A stretch of DNA of 64,000 bases, from NCBI GenBank assembly GCA_021163105.1, contig JAGGXJ010000074.1, forward strand, positions 520 to 64,519, written 5' to 3'. Below are positions 38,528-47,786 of this stretch, in pieces. The notes under the pieces were generated by a model that worked only from the letters and a program-made list of their open reading frames with translations, was not told the DNA's origin and did no database searches. Each line of letters begins with the position of its first letter. Within the stretch, counting starts at the first letter, position 1. Source of the stretch: Syntrophobacterales bacterium. Lineage in GTDB: Bacteria; Desulfobacterota; Syntrophia; Syntrophales; UBA2210. The position numbers and the translations under genes were made by a program.

Positions 38528-39605
38528 TGAATTTTCAGCGCGAAAAAGCCGAATCGAGCGCATACGATCAATGCTGCCGGGGCTTGATGTAGGGGGCGTA
38601 CTTTTTTTCGAAGAAGCAAACATCCGCTATCTTACAGGTTTTGCGGGGAGCGACAGTGCTCTTTTTGTGGACGGAGAAAAAACCTTTCTTCTGGTGGATG
38701 GAAGATATACAACACAGGCAAAAAACGAAACGACAGGCTGCGATGTCATTAAATTCAGTGACAGGACGGAGGGCATAGCCGAAATAATCTCAGATCTGCG
38801 GCTGAAAAGAGTGGGTATCGAGTCTCCTGCGATTGCGCTTGACAAATATCTTAACTTGCGAGACCGGGTAAAAAATGTCTCCCTGAAACCTCTGTCGAAA
38901 GAGATAGAACATATAAGAATTATAAAGGATAACGGGGAGGCTTCTTCTCTCAGGACAGCCGCGATAATGGCGGCCAGAGCTCTTGAGAAAACACTGGAAC
39001 AGATCAAACCCGGTATCACGGAAAGGGACATTGCTTCGATTCTGGAGATGAAGATGAGGGAGGCAGGGAGTGAAAAACCGTCTTTCGAAACCATCGTGGC
39101 CTCCGGTGTTAACACTGCCCTTCCCCATGCGGTTCCCGGTTCCCGCGAGATACAAGACGGTGACTTTCTGACAATAGATTATGGAACCGTGCACAAGGGG
39201 TATCACTCCGATGAAACATGCACCTTCGCCATCCGAACCATAAGTGAAAAACAGGCAGATGTTTACAATATAGTGAAAGAAGCCCACGACAAGGCCCTGA
39301 ATGCCGTACAACCGGGAGTTTCCTGCAGGGATATCGACAGAATTGCCAGGACAGTTATCAGCGATGCCGGCTATGGCGAATATTTTTCACACGGCACGGG
39401 ACACGGCGTTGGGCTTAATGTTCATGAAGCACCAAGGGTATTTGAAAAGGCGGAAGACATTCTTGAAGAAGGGATGGTCATTACCGTGGAACCCGGCATC
39501 TATATTCCCGACCTGTGGGGGATAAGGATAGAAGATACTGTCATGATTGAAAAGGACGGGTGCGAGATCCTGACTAAGATGCCCAAGGATCTCAGGATAC
39601 TTTAG
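38502..39605 (+). CDS. M24-family Xaa-Pro aminopeptidase/dipeptidase
   Basis: 367 aa with a creatinase-like N-domain and metal ligands in DYGTVHKGYHSD, HGTGHGVGLNVHE, VEPG and IEDT. Confidence 0.85.
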   Translation: MDYKKKEISEFSARKSRIERIRSMLPGLDVGGVLFFEEANIRYLTGFAGSDSALFVDGEKTFLLVDGRYTTQAKNETTGCDVIKFSDRTEGIAEIISDLRLKRVGIESPAIALDKYLNLRDRVKNVSLKPLSKEIEHIRIIKDNGEASSLRTAAIMAARALEKTLEQIKPGITERDIASILEMKMREAGSEKPSFETIVASGVNTALPHAVPGSREIQDGDFLTIDYGTVHKGYHSDETCTFAIRTISEKQADVYNIVKEAHDKALNAVQPGVSCRDIDRIARTVISDAGYGEYFSHGTGHGVGLNVHEAPRVFEKAEDILEEGMVITVEPGIYIPDLWGIRIEDTVMIEKDGCEILTKMPKDLRIL

Positions 39606-39620
39606 ATTCAATCCCTGTTT

Positions 39621-40733
39621 CTATTCTTTTGTCCGGTAAAATTCACATCTGTTTTTCCCGGCCTTTTTAGCAGAATACATTGCCTCATCGGCCTGTCTGA
39701 TAAGCTCTTCGACATTAACATCGCCCTCTCGGAAGATGCTGACACCTATGCTGACCCCGATAGAGACAATCTGCCCATGTATCTTAAAATCTGAATCTAC
39801 TTCATTTAAAATTTTTCGAGTAACTATAGTTATATCTTTATCTTCTTTTGCCTCCGGCAAAATAACAGCAAATTCATCTCCTCCCATTCTGGCCAGAATA
39901 TCTGATTTACGCAGACAACCGGACATCCTTTTTGCCGTCTTTTCTAATAAGATATCTCCCGCAGCGTGTCCCATTTCATCATTAACTTCTTTAAAATCAT
40001 CTAAATCCAGATATAAGATGGCGAACCTTTGATTATTTCGTTTGGCAAGATTCATGGTGTTTTTTAATTGCGCATAAAACAATCTGCGATTAGGAACCCC
40101 TGTAAGTTCATCATGAAGGGCGCTTTGTCTGAGCTCTTTATTGGATTCTTCAAGCTGCCTGGTCCTTTTTCTCAGATTATCCACCAGAATCTTAATAAAG
40201 AATCCGAAACCAACCAGAAGTATTATTACATTCAGCAAGTAATCAACGTATTTTGCATTGAGTGTATTATATGTACCCACCCATTCAGGATGGTAAAATT
40301 CAAGCCCAACCAGAACTATAATAAACATTGGATTTAAAAAGAAAAGCACATATCGTTTAATCCCATCAAGAAGGGTTATGGAAAGTATAACCCCCGCAAG
40401 AAAGAATAAACCAGCAAAGCCGTTAGAACCAACTCCGGTAAACCATATTGCACTAAGAAATATATTAAGCAGCATTATTAATATTACGGGACAGGTTTTG
40501 TGTTTGAACCTGGACAGATAATAAAGAATAAAGGTAATAATCCCTAAAAGATATATTAGAAAAATATGGATGGGGGCTAATCCAAGAAAAGAGGTTGTAA
40601 AGGCGAGCGAAAAAGTAATCAAAGAAGTAATTAAAGCAGAAACATTAAAAACGGCCTCTTCAAAGGTATGAACTTCAGGATCTGCCACAATAAATGATAG
40701 TGGATTGAGTTTATCTTTCTTTTCTCTCTGCAT
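39621..40733 (-). CDS. membrane-anchored diguanylate cyclase (GGDEF) with an I-site
   Basis: About 6-7 predicted TM helices, a coiled linker, then RKSDILARMGGDEF (RxxD exactly 5 residues before GGDEF). Confidence 0.85.
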   Translation of the reverse strand: MQREKKDKLNPLSFIVADPEVHTFEEAVFNVSALITSLITFSLAFTTSFLGLAPIHIFLIYLLGIITFILYYLSRFKHKTCPVILIMLLNIFLSAIWFTGVGSNGFAGLFFLAGVILSITLLDGIKRYVLFFLNPMFIIVLVGLEFYHPEWVGTYNTLNAKYVDYLLNVIILLVGFGFFIKILVDNLRKRTRQLEESNKELRQSALHDELTGVPNRRLFYAQLKNTMNLAKRNNQRFAILYLDLDDFKEVNDEMGHAAGDILLEKTAKRMSGCLRKSDILARMGGDEFAVILPEAKEDKDITIVTRKILNEVDSDFKIHGQIVSIGVSIGVSIFREGDVNVEELIRQADEAMYSAKKAGKNRCEFYRTKE

Positions 40734-40872
40734 ATTCAGGATCTCTTCTTTCGATTAATCAGCTATGTCAAGAATATCGTTTCATGTCAATAATTATGTC
40801 TCCTGGAACCAGACCACCTCGAAATTGAGTCTTTCCCGGTAAAAACAGATTATCCAGAGTGCTTTTTACTTC

Positions 40873-40901
40873 TTGACATACAAACGTCTTATTCCTATAT
40901 T
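40873..40901 (+). promoter_or_regulatory. sigma70-like promoter for the patatin-like gene
   Basis: TTGACA (40873-40878), a 17-nt spacer, then TATATT (40896-40901). The ATG is at 40935, preceded by GGGAG. Confidence 0.5.
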
Positions 40902-40934
40902 TGATGTACTCGTAATCTAAAAGGGAGACAATCC

Positions 40935-42011
40935 ATGCCGGAAAATCTTTCATTCCTCGCGGGGAGAAAAGCGTTACCGATGATCAGGGAGGATAGCCTT
41001 CATCCCGATCAGGTAAAGGTTGTAACCGGGGCGGCCGGCGGCCCGAAATGTCTTATTCTGAATCATCTCGACGGTGCTATTTTCTCAACATGGTTCGCCG
41101 ATAGAAAAACCCCCCTGTTTCTGTTAGGTTCTTCCGCGGCCGCATGGAGGTTCGCTTCGGTTTCACAGAAAAAACCCCTGGAAGCCATCGACAGGTTTCG
41201 GACCACATATGTACACCAGCACTATTCCCTGAAACCCACGCGGGAAGAGATTACCAGCGAAAGCATCGCTTTTATGGACACCTTCCTCGGTAAAACAGGC
41301 GTAGAAGAGATACTGAATCATCCATATCTGAGACTGAATATAATGTCGACCAGGTGCAGGGGACTGACTGCAAGTGACCGGGTGGGTGCGCTTCTGCCCG
41401 GAATGATTCTCGCCGCCCTTTCCAATATCATCAGCCGGAAGTTTCTTGGCCTCTTTTTCGAAAGAACACTGTTGTATGATCAGAGAGAAATTCCTCCATT
41501 TTTCGACATGAACGGTTTCCCTATCAGGCAAGTTTCTCTCACCGAGAAAAATTTCAGGCAGGCATTACTGGCATCCGGGTCCATCCCCGTAGTCATGTCC
41601 CGTGTCATTGATATACCGGGCGCTCGAAAGGGCACCTACAGAGACGGTGGCATAATAGATTACCACATGGACATACCCTTTACAAAAAATAGTGATGACA
41701 TCGTTCTCTTCCCACACTATACAAATCGCGTCATACCGGGATGGTTTGACAAAAAGCTGCCATGGCGAAAATCGGATCCGGTGAATATGGAGAACGTGCT
41801 CCTCCTGCATCCATCCGAGGAGTTTGTAAAACGGCTCCCATATGGAAAGATACCAGACCGGAACGATTTTCATCTTTTCAATGGCAGGGATGACGAACGC
41901 ATAGATTACTGGAACAGGGCCATAAAAGAAAGCGAGCGGCTGGGAGAGGAATTCCTCGATGCCGTTCAGACCGGAAAAATCCGCGAACTGGTAAGACCCA
42001 TGCCGGAATGA
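40935..42011 (+). CDS. patatin-like phospholipase family protein
   Basis: 358 aa with an oxyanion-type GAAGGPK, a nucleophile-elbow variant LGSSAAA, and YRDGGIIDY (catalytic Asp DGG motif). Confidence 0.6.
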   Translation: MPENLSFLAGRKALPMIREDSLHPDQVKVVTGAAGGPKCLILNHLDGAIFSTWFADRKTPLFLLGSSAAAWRFASVSQKKPLEAIDRFRTTYVHQHYSLKPTREEITSESIAFMDTFLGKTGVEEILNHPYLRLNIMSTRCRGLTASDRVGALLPGMILAALSNIISRKFLGLFFERTLLYDQREIPPFFDMNGFPIRQVSLTEKNFRQALLASGSIPVVMSRVIDIPGARKGTYRDGGIIDYHMDIPFTKNSDDIVLFPHYTNRVIPGWFDKKLPWRKSDPVNMENVLLLHPSEEFVKRLPYGKIPDRNDFHLFNGRDDERIDYWNRAIKESERLGEEFLDAVQTGKIRELVRPMPE

Positions 42012-42078
42012 AAGGGCAGAAAATGTAAGCTACCATTCAGCGTAGCGTGGGGCCTATGTGCCCCACAAAGAGGGCACG

Positions 42079-42885
42079 CTACTTTAGCCACTGTTCTATT
42101 TTTAGGGATGTCTGTGAGATGAGATCTCCGCAGGTCTTTTCGTCTTTGCCGGTAAGAACAAAAGGTATCGCGCAAACCGGGACATTGAAGACACTTTTCA
42201 GCAGGTCGATGGTTTTGCGCTTTCTATTATCCACCTTTTGATGATCCGCGTAGCTGTCTCCTGCTTCTTCATTGAACCCAAAATCATCGATTATCAGGAT
42301 GCTCTGGATTGCGCCCAGCTTCAAAACGGTTCTGACCATCTCCCAGAATCCAGGATCGACCTTGTGCACACCTGTATCAGCGGAATTGGCAACGACAAAT
42401 TCCGGAGATACGATCGCGCCGGGAATATCCCCCAGCGATACTGTTTCTGCACCCATCTCCTTAAGGAATTTTACAATATAACCGGTAGCCTCGGCGTAAT
42501 GATCGGTGGCAATAACAGTGATAACAGAAGACTCCCTGTTTAATTTCTGGAGGATGGGACGCCATCGACTATCAACAAGGGAATGCCCAAGGTAACTGTC
42601 AACAAAACGCGAAGCGCAAAGACGTATCTCCTCATCCGAAACAGCCGGGGAGAATACCTCTTTAATTCTCTTAGACATGATTTCCCTGTAGCCGATGGAG
42701 GTAGTGCTTCCCTCTTCCCAGTCTGGATTGACAATCTCTCTCCAGAATATCTCGGGAGCCGTTATTCCAAGACCCGCAAGACCGCTCCGATCCAGTTCTT
42801 CTGACAGGTTGTCATCTTCCGCGAACCGGACGGCATCAGGGCTGAGGGTGCCTGAATAATCAAATATGACCAGTTTCTCAAACAT
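42079..42885 (-). CDS. HAD-superfamily-like hydrolase with an atypical motif I (candidate thiamine-phosphate phosphatase)
   Basis: Motif I VIFDYSGTL (D-x-S instead of D-x-D), motif II VIATD, motif III HKVDPGFW, motif IV LIIDDFG. It is the last gene of the thi operon and overlaps thiE by 8 nt. Confidence 0.45.
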   Translation of the reverse strand: MFEKLVIFDYSGTLSPDAVRFAEDDNLSEELDRSGLAGLGITAPEIFWREIVNPDWEEGSTTSIGYREIMSKRIKEVFSPAVSDEEIRLCASRFVDSYLGHSLVDSRWRPILQKLNRESSVITVIATDHYAEATGYIVKFLKEMGAETVSLGDIPGAIVSPEFVVANSADTGVHKVDPGFWEMVRTVLKLGAIQSILIIDDFGFNEEAGDSYADHQKVDNRKRKTIDLLKSVFNVPVCAIPFVLTGKDEKTCGDLISQTSLKIEQWLK

Positions 42886-43498
42886 GATTTTTAATTATAC
42901 CGACCAGCTTTCTTGATTCGGCTTCAGGATCGGGCGCGGCGCATATGGCGGAGACTACAGCAACGCAACCAGCGCCCGCCTTTACCACATCCGCGGCATT
43001 GGAGGCATTCATCCCCCCGATGGCAACAAGCGGGTGACGTGAAAACGCACTGATCCTGGCAATTCCATCCAGTCCCCACGCGCCTTTTGTGTCGGTCTTC
43101 GTAGGCGTATCAAAGACAGGGCTGACCCCGATATAATTACAATCAAGGGTCTCGGCCTCTTCAACATCTTTCCATGTCTCCACTGACAGACCGATAACAG
43201 CGCCGGGTCCCATAAGGAATCGGGCCATTTTATACGGCATGTCGCTCTGTCCCACGTGCACACCTTCCGCCTTCACAACAAGCGCCACGTCAACACGGTC
43301 ATTTATGATCAGTGGGACACTAAAGGGTTTAAGAATCTCTTTGATCCTTAAGGCCTCTTCGATAAAATCCCGTGTGGATTGATCCTTTTCCCGTATCTGC
43401 ACATAACGCGCCCCCCCCCGTACAGATTGCAGTATCACATCCTCGAGCGATCTGTCACCGCATAAATCCCGGTCGGTAACAAGATATAATCCCTTCAT
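42878..43498 (-). CDS. thiE: thiamine-phosphate synthase
   Basis: 206 aa: LYLVTD, VQIREKD, GVHVGQSD, IGGM. Confidence 0.9.
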   Translation of the reverse strand: MKGLYLVTDRDLCGDRSLEDVILQSVRGGARYVQIREKDQSTRDFIEEALRIKEILKPFSVPLIINDRVDVALVVKAEGVHVGQSDMPYKMARFLMGPGAVIGLSVETWKDVEEAETLDCNYIGVSPVFDTPTKTDTKGAWGLDGIARISAFSRHPLVAIGGMNASNAADVVKAGAGCVAVVSAICAAPDPEAESRKLVGIIKNHV

Positions 43499-43500
43499 TA

Positions 43501-44304
43501 TTATTCTCCTACCTGAATACGATTTGCCAGTTCATCTTCGGAGAGGTTGAAAAGTGCATCCAGAAAATCAACCTGCATACTGCCCGGACCTCTACAAGTA
43601 CCGGCGGCAATCTCCCCGGCAATACCCATAACCACCATGGCTCCCGCAGCCGCTGCCGGGAAAGAGGGATTGACAGCGGCAAAGGCGCCACACAGGGTGG
43701 TGGCCGTGCAGCCCATACCGGTAATTTTCCCCATCATCGGGTGCCCGTTTTCAACGGTTATCACATTTTCACCACCAATGATATAATCTGTCTCCCCGCT
43801 CACACAAATGATACTGCCCGTATTTTTGTTCAGGCTCTTTGCCGCTTCCAGCGCGGCACTTGAAGGATCGGAACTGTCTACTCCCTTTGTCCTTGTTTCT
43901 TCCATTACGAGCGCCATGATTTCGGAGGCATTTCCACGGATAATGGCAGGAGCATGGGCATCGATAAGATCATGGCAAGTCTTTATTCGATAGGACGTGG
44001 CTCCGGCTCCCACCGGATCCAGGATAACCGGTATCCCCATCTCGCCGGCACGTCTGACGGCGCTCAACATCGCTCTCACCCATGATTCGCTCAGTGTTCC
44101 TATATTGACAACCAGGGCACTGGCGATTCCTGTCATCTCTTCCACCTCCTCCACGGCATGCGCCATAACTGGAGACGCCCCTATTGCCAGAAGCGCGTTG
44201 GCGGTGCTGTTCATCACCACATAGTTGGTTATGTTGTGGATTAGAGGAGCTGCCCCTCTGATTTTTCCAATATCCAGATAGATATTCTTTGCTGTAATTT
44301 TCAT
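43501..44304 (-). CDS. thiM: hydroxyethylthiazole kinase
   Basis: PLIHNITNYVVMNSTANALLAIGASPVMA and the rest is typical ThiM. I use the ATG at 44304 with SD AAAGGAG; the track start at 44355 lies inside a repeat. Confidence 0.9.
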   Translation of the reverse strand: MKITAKNIYLDIGKIRGAAPLIHNITNYVVMNSTANALLAIGASPVMAHAVEEVEEMTGIASALVVNIGTLSESWVRAMLSAVRRAGEMGIPVILDPVGAGATSYRIKTCHDLIDAHAPAIIRGNASEIMALVMEETRTKGVDSSDPSSAALEAAKSLNKNTGSIICVSGETDYIIGGENVITVENGHPMMGKITGMGCTATTLCGAFAAVNPSFPAAAAGAMVVMGIAGEIAAGTCRGPGSMQVDFLDALFNLSEDELANRIQVGE

Positions 44305-44318
44305 ATAACTCCTTTCAT

Positions 44319-44456
44319 AACTACTCAGGTTGTTTAGACTGCAGGCTGAAGGCATTAAGGTTACAAGCCCCGATTCATCGGGACAGCCTTCTACTCGACC
44401 CCTCGAATCCTTGCCTCCTTGAACCCTTTCATAATTAACTACAACTAATCGGGAGA
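44319..44456. repeat. composite intergenic repeat block (AACTACTCAGGTTGTTTAGACTG family plus ACAACTAATCGKGAGA family)
   Basis: 44319-44366 matches 59751-59796 (~90% by eye). 44411-44456 matches 5044-5087. A CCCGATTCATCGGG hairpin lies between the two. Confidence 0.75.
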
Positions 44457-44462
44457 GGACCC

Positions 44463-45413
44463 TTATTCCCCCAGTATAGTTGTCACTTTAACTTTCTTTT
44501 CAATAAGTCCGTAACGAAGGGCAAAATCGGCAAACTTCTGCCATTCTTCTGTGTCACAACTCTGGCTGTGGGCGTAAAGCGGAAGCGTTATTTCAAACGC
44601 CTTGGATTCCATATCCCGCGGGGCTTCCGGGACGGCGCTGAAATAGGTTTCAAGAGCCTTTTGTGGGCCTTTCCTTGTCTGGGAAATCGCGCGATTTATT
44701 GCGCGGGCGAAACCTTTAAGCGCCTTAGCTTTTTCTGCCGCCGCCTGTTTTCCACTTATGAAAACCAGTTCATCATAATCTGGCATGCCCCACTCGCTCA
44801 GCTCGAAGTATCCAGCCTTGTAACCCTTTTCCTCAAGCGCGACGGTCTCGTAGTTTTTATATGGTCCCATAATCGCGTCAACTTTATTAGATACCAGGGA
44901 CTGTACAATCGTGAAGCCCACATTGATCGGCTCGTAGCTTTTGATCCCGTTGATCTTCGCGAATGCCTCCATAAGCACATCCATCATGCCCGGAACGGTG
45001 TAGCCAATCGTCTTACCTTCCAGATCTGCCGGGGTTTTGATCCCCTTTCCATCCAGGAAAAGGAGTACACTGAGAGGATGTTCCACCAGCCTTCCAACAA
45101 CCCGGATATTAAGGCCAGCCGAGGTTCCGATAATCACCTGCGGTTCGTATGAAACAGCGATATCAACATCACCGGAAGCGACAAGCTTCATCGCGTCTGT
45201 GGTCGAGGAAGGCGTCAATATCGTAACATCAAGACCCTCATCACCGAAAAAACCTTCCTGCTGCGCCACATAAATGGGTAAGTGGTCTATGTTGGGAAAC
45301 CAGTCCAGCATAACCGTAATCTTCTGCATGGCGCAGATGGGAGACGCTGTCAACAGGAGAAACGCCGTCAGGATAATTGAAATAAATACTCTAAAACTGT
45401 TCTTCATAATCAT
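44463..45413 (-). CDS. ABC transporter substrate-binding protein, NMT1/THI5 (ThiY-like) family
   Basis: 316 aa with a signal peptide and KITVMLDWFPNIDHLPIYVAQQEGFF. It sits in the thi operon. Confidence 0.8.
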   Translation of the reverse strand: MIMKNSFRVFISIILTAFLLLTASPICAMQKITVMLDWFPNIDHLPIYVAQQEGFFGDEGLDVTILTPSSTTDAMKLVASGDVDIAVSYEPQVIIGTSAGLNIRVVGRLVEHPLSVLLFLDGKGIKTPADLEGKTIGYTVPGMMDVLMEAFAKINGIKSYEPINVGFTIVQSLVSNKVDAIMGPYKNYETVALEEKGYKAGYFELSEWGMPDYDELVFISGKQAAAEKAKALKGFARAINRAISQTRKGPQKALETYFSAVPEAPRDMESKAFEITLPLYAHSQSCDTEEWQKFADFALRYGLIEKKVKVTTILGE

Positions 45414-45468
45414 TTTTTTCCTTTCTTGATTTTCAGTAAGTAATTACTCGCGCGGTCAGGCTGAACGG

Positions 45469-46209
45469 TTACTGTTTCCAGTAAATGACTTTCCTTTCCA
45501 GAAAGCCGACAAATACCCACATGGCGAGTCCCATAACGGAGAGCCACAGTATCGCCGCGAAGACCAGCGGCACCTGCAGCCTCGCGTTGGCCTGTATCAT
45601 CAGATAACCGAGACCTCTTTGCGCGCCAACCCACTCTCCGATGACCGCGCCTATCGTTGCAACGGTGACTCCTACCTTCAGCCCAGAAAAGAAATATGGA
45701 AGAGCCCAGGGCCAGTAGAGTAATCGCATCTTTTTCCAGAATCCGGCACCCATCAGATCGAAGAAAATCGCGTATTCAGGATCACAGTGCTTATACCCCT
45801 CGAGCAGACTGACCGTTATGGGAAAAAAGATGATAATCGCCGCCATCAAAACCTTGCTGGCAAGACCGTATCCAAGCCATACCACCAGGAGGGGAGCAAG
45901 AGCGAATACGGGTACCGCCTGAGACGCCACTAAAAAGGGAGACAGGGCGCGCTCAACCGAAGGGCAGGCGAACATAACCGTAGCGAGTGGTACAGCGACC
46001 AACAGTGACAGAAAGATCCCCATTATTATCTCCAAGGCGGTAATGCCCGCGTGCGGCAGGAGAAGAGATGCCTTAAGTACCGTCGTCTTTAATATCCCAC
46101 TGGGGGCTGGAAGGATAAAATCAGGAATGGAAAACCACCCGCAGGCAAATTCCCAGACTGCAATAACAACCAAAACAACCAGAAGGGAAATCCAGTTAGA
46201 TTGCCTCAT
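45469..46209 (-). CDS. ABC transporter permease (ThiX-like, nitrate/sulfonate/bicarbonate type)
   Basis: 246 aa, about 6 TM helices, a BPD-type permease. Confidence 0.8.
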   Translation of the reverse strand: MRQSNWISLLVVLVVIAVWEFACGWFSIPDFILPAPSGILKTTVLKASLLLPHAGITALEIIMGIFLSLLVAVPLATVMFACPSVERALSPFLVASQAVPVFALAPLLVVWLGYGLASKVLMAAIIIFFPITVSLLEGYKHCDPEYAIFFDLMGAGFWKKMRLLYWPWALPYFFSGLKVGVTVATIGAVIGEWVGAQRGLGYLMIQANARLQVPLVFAAILWLSVMGLAMWVFVGFLERKVIYWKQ

Positions 46210-46942
46210 TCAAATCTCCCTCCAGTTCTTCAAGTACATGCTCTTTTATCTTCAGCAACTCAGGATTACTGCTCCTTCCCGGTTTCGGCATCTCCAGGAC
46301 AAACCGCTCTTGCACCCGCATCGGCATGGGCGTCAGAACCAGCAGTTCATCAGACATCAGAAGAGCCTCTTCTATGTCGTGTGTGATCATCAGTATGGTC
46401 TTGTTAAATTCACTCTGGAGTAACAAAAGCAGGGACTGGAGACCTCTTCGGGTGATGGCGTCAAGGGAAGAAAGAGGTTCGTCCAGAAGAACCAGTTCAT
46501 GCTCGAACATCAGAGTTCTCACCAGCGCGCAACGCTGGCGCATACCGCCGGACACCTTCCGCGGCATATAGTTCTCGAAATCGTGCAGCCCAAGACGACT
46601 GAACAGGGCCGATGCCTTCCCTTGTGAACCCCGACTTGTCGGAGCTCCGGCAATCTCTGCCGGGAGCATGGCATTGTCAATCAGGGAAAGCCACGGGAGA
46701 AGCAGGTCCTTCTGTTGCATGTAAGCCGCCCTTCCCATCAGATCAGGGACATCTTTCCCAAGCCAGGATATTTTGCCACCATCCCCCGGGAAAACACCGG
46801 TCAGTACATCGAAAAGGGTGCTCTTGCCGCAACCGGACGGCCCTATAAGGGTAGTAAAACCTCCCTTAGGCACAGTCAGGTCAAACCCTTCCATAACGGT
46901 GAGACCCTCGAATCTTTTTGTCAGACCTGAAACTGAAAGCAT
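46196..46942 (-). CDS. ABC transporter ATP-binding protein (ThiZ-like)
   Basis: Walker A GPSGCGKST, signature VSGGMRQR, Walker B LVLLDEP. Confidence 0.9.
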   Translation of the reverse strand: MLSVSGLTKRFEGLTVMEGFDLTVPKGGFTTLIGPSGCGKSTLFDVLTGVFPGDGGKISWLGKDVPDLMGRAAYMQQKDLLLPWLSLIDNAMLPAEIAGAPTSRGSQGKASALFSRLGLHDFENYMPRKVSGGMRQRCALVRTLMFEHELVLLDEPLSSLDAITRRGLQSLLLLLQSEFNKTILMITHDIEEALLMSDELLVLTPMPMRVQERFVLEMPKPGRSSNPELLKIKEHVLEELEGDLNEAI

Positions 46943-46950
46943 GACAGCCT

Positions 46951-47775
46951 CTATTCCTTAAAGCCACCTTCAGGCATACTACCGTCCCTGAACAGATAGG
47001 CCATGTGGTTGGTCGGACCATGTCCACCACCTATACAAAGAGAATATTTGATGGCCATGGTTATATAATCCTTCGCCCTTTTGACCGCTTCGAACACATC
47101 CATTCCCTGGGCGAGTCCAGTGGCGATAGCGGCAGAGGTGGTACATCCGGTGCCGTGCGTATTCTTCGTGTCTATCCTCTCTGAGGTAAACTCATGAAAA
47201 TCCCTGCCATCATAGAGAACATCCAGGGCATCCCCCGACATGTGTCCCCCTTTTAAAAAAACATTTTTTGCACCCATCCGGTTTATGGCTTTGGCCGCCT
47301 TTTTCATGCCCTCAATAGTTGTAATCTTCATTCCGGTCAGTTCTTCCGCCTCCGGAATATTGGGAGTTATCACGAATGCCAGCGGTAGAAGCACCGTGGC
47401 CAAGGTCTTCTTCGCCTCCTGTCTTATAAGCATCGCGCCCCCTTTGGCCACCATCACCGGGTCAACCACGAGTTTTTCTATTCCGTATTCCTCTATTTTC
47501 CCCGCAACAGTTCTCATGATCTCAGAGCTGGAGAGCATCCCCGTCTTCGCGGTGTCAACACCAATATCGGTAGCCACCGCGTCAAATTGTTTTTCAATGA
47601 AATCGGCGGGCACTTCGTGGATTCCATGCACACCGAGGGTATTCTGGGCAGTCAGGGCCGTGACCACACTCATACCAAAACCCCCAAGTACGGTTATCGT
47701 CTTCAGATCCGCCTGTATGCCGGCTCCTCCACCGGAATCCGACCCCGCTATAGTCAACACTCTCTTTACCGTCAT
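46951..47775 (-). CDS. thiD: hydroxymethylpyrimidine/phosphomethylpyrimidine kinase
   Basis: 274 aa: VLTIAGSDSGGGAGIQADLKT and GTGCTTSAAIA. Confidence 0.9.
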   Translation of the reverse strand: MTVKRVLTIAGSDSGGGAGIQADLKTITVLGGFGMSVVTALTAQNTLGVHGIHEVPADFIEKQFDAVATDIGVDTAKTGMLSSSEIMRTVAGKIEEYGIEKLVVDPVMVAKGGAMLIRQEAKKTLATVLLPLAFVITPNIPEAEELTGMKITTIEGMKKAAKAINRMGAKNVFLKGGHMSGDALDVLYDGRDFHEFTSERIDTKNTHGTGCTTSAAIATGLAQGMDVFEAVKRAKDYITMAIKYSLCIGGGHGPTNHMAYLFRDGSMPEGGFKE

Positions 47776-47786
47776 ATCTTACCCCT

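Noticed and set aside
42042-42082. A nested hairpin (GTAGCGTG...CACGCTAC with an inner GTGGGG-N8-CCCCAC) between the convergent patatin-like and HAD-like genes.
   Set aside because: There is no U/A tract on either side, and the outer stem overlaps the HAD-like stop codon. This is not enough to call a terminator or an RNA gene.
44305-44462. A possible second TPP riboswitch directly upstream of thiM.
   Set aside because: The minus-strand read lacks the CUGAGA and CCUGAUCUGGAUAAUGCCAGCG blocks. The same sequence modules also recur after hrpA and bipA, so this is a dispersed repeat and not a thi leader.
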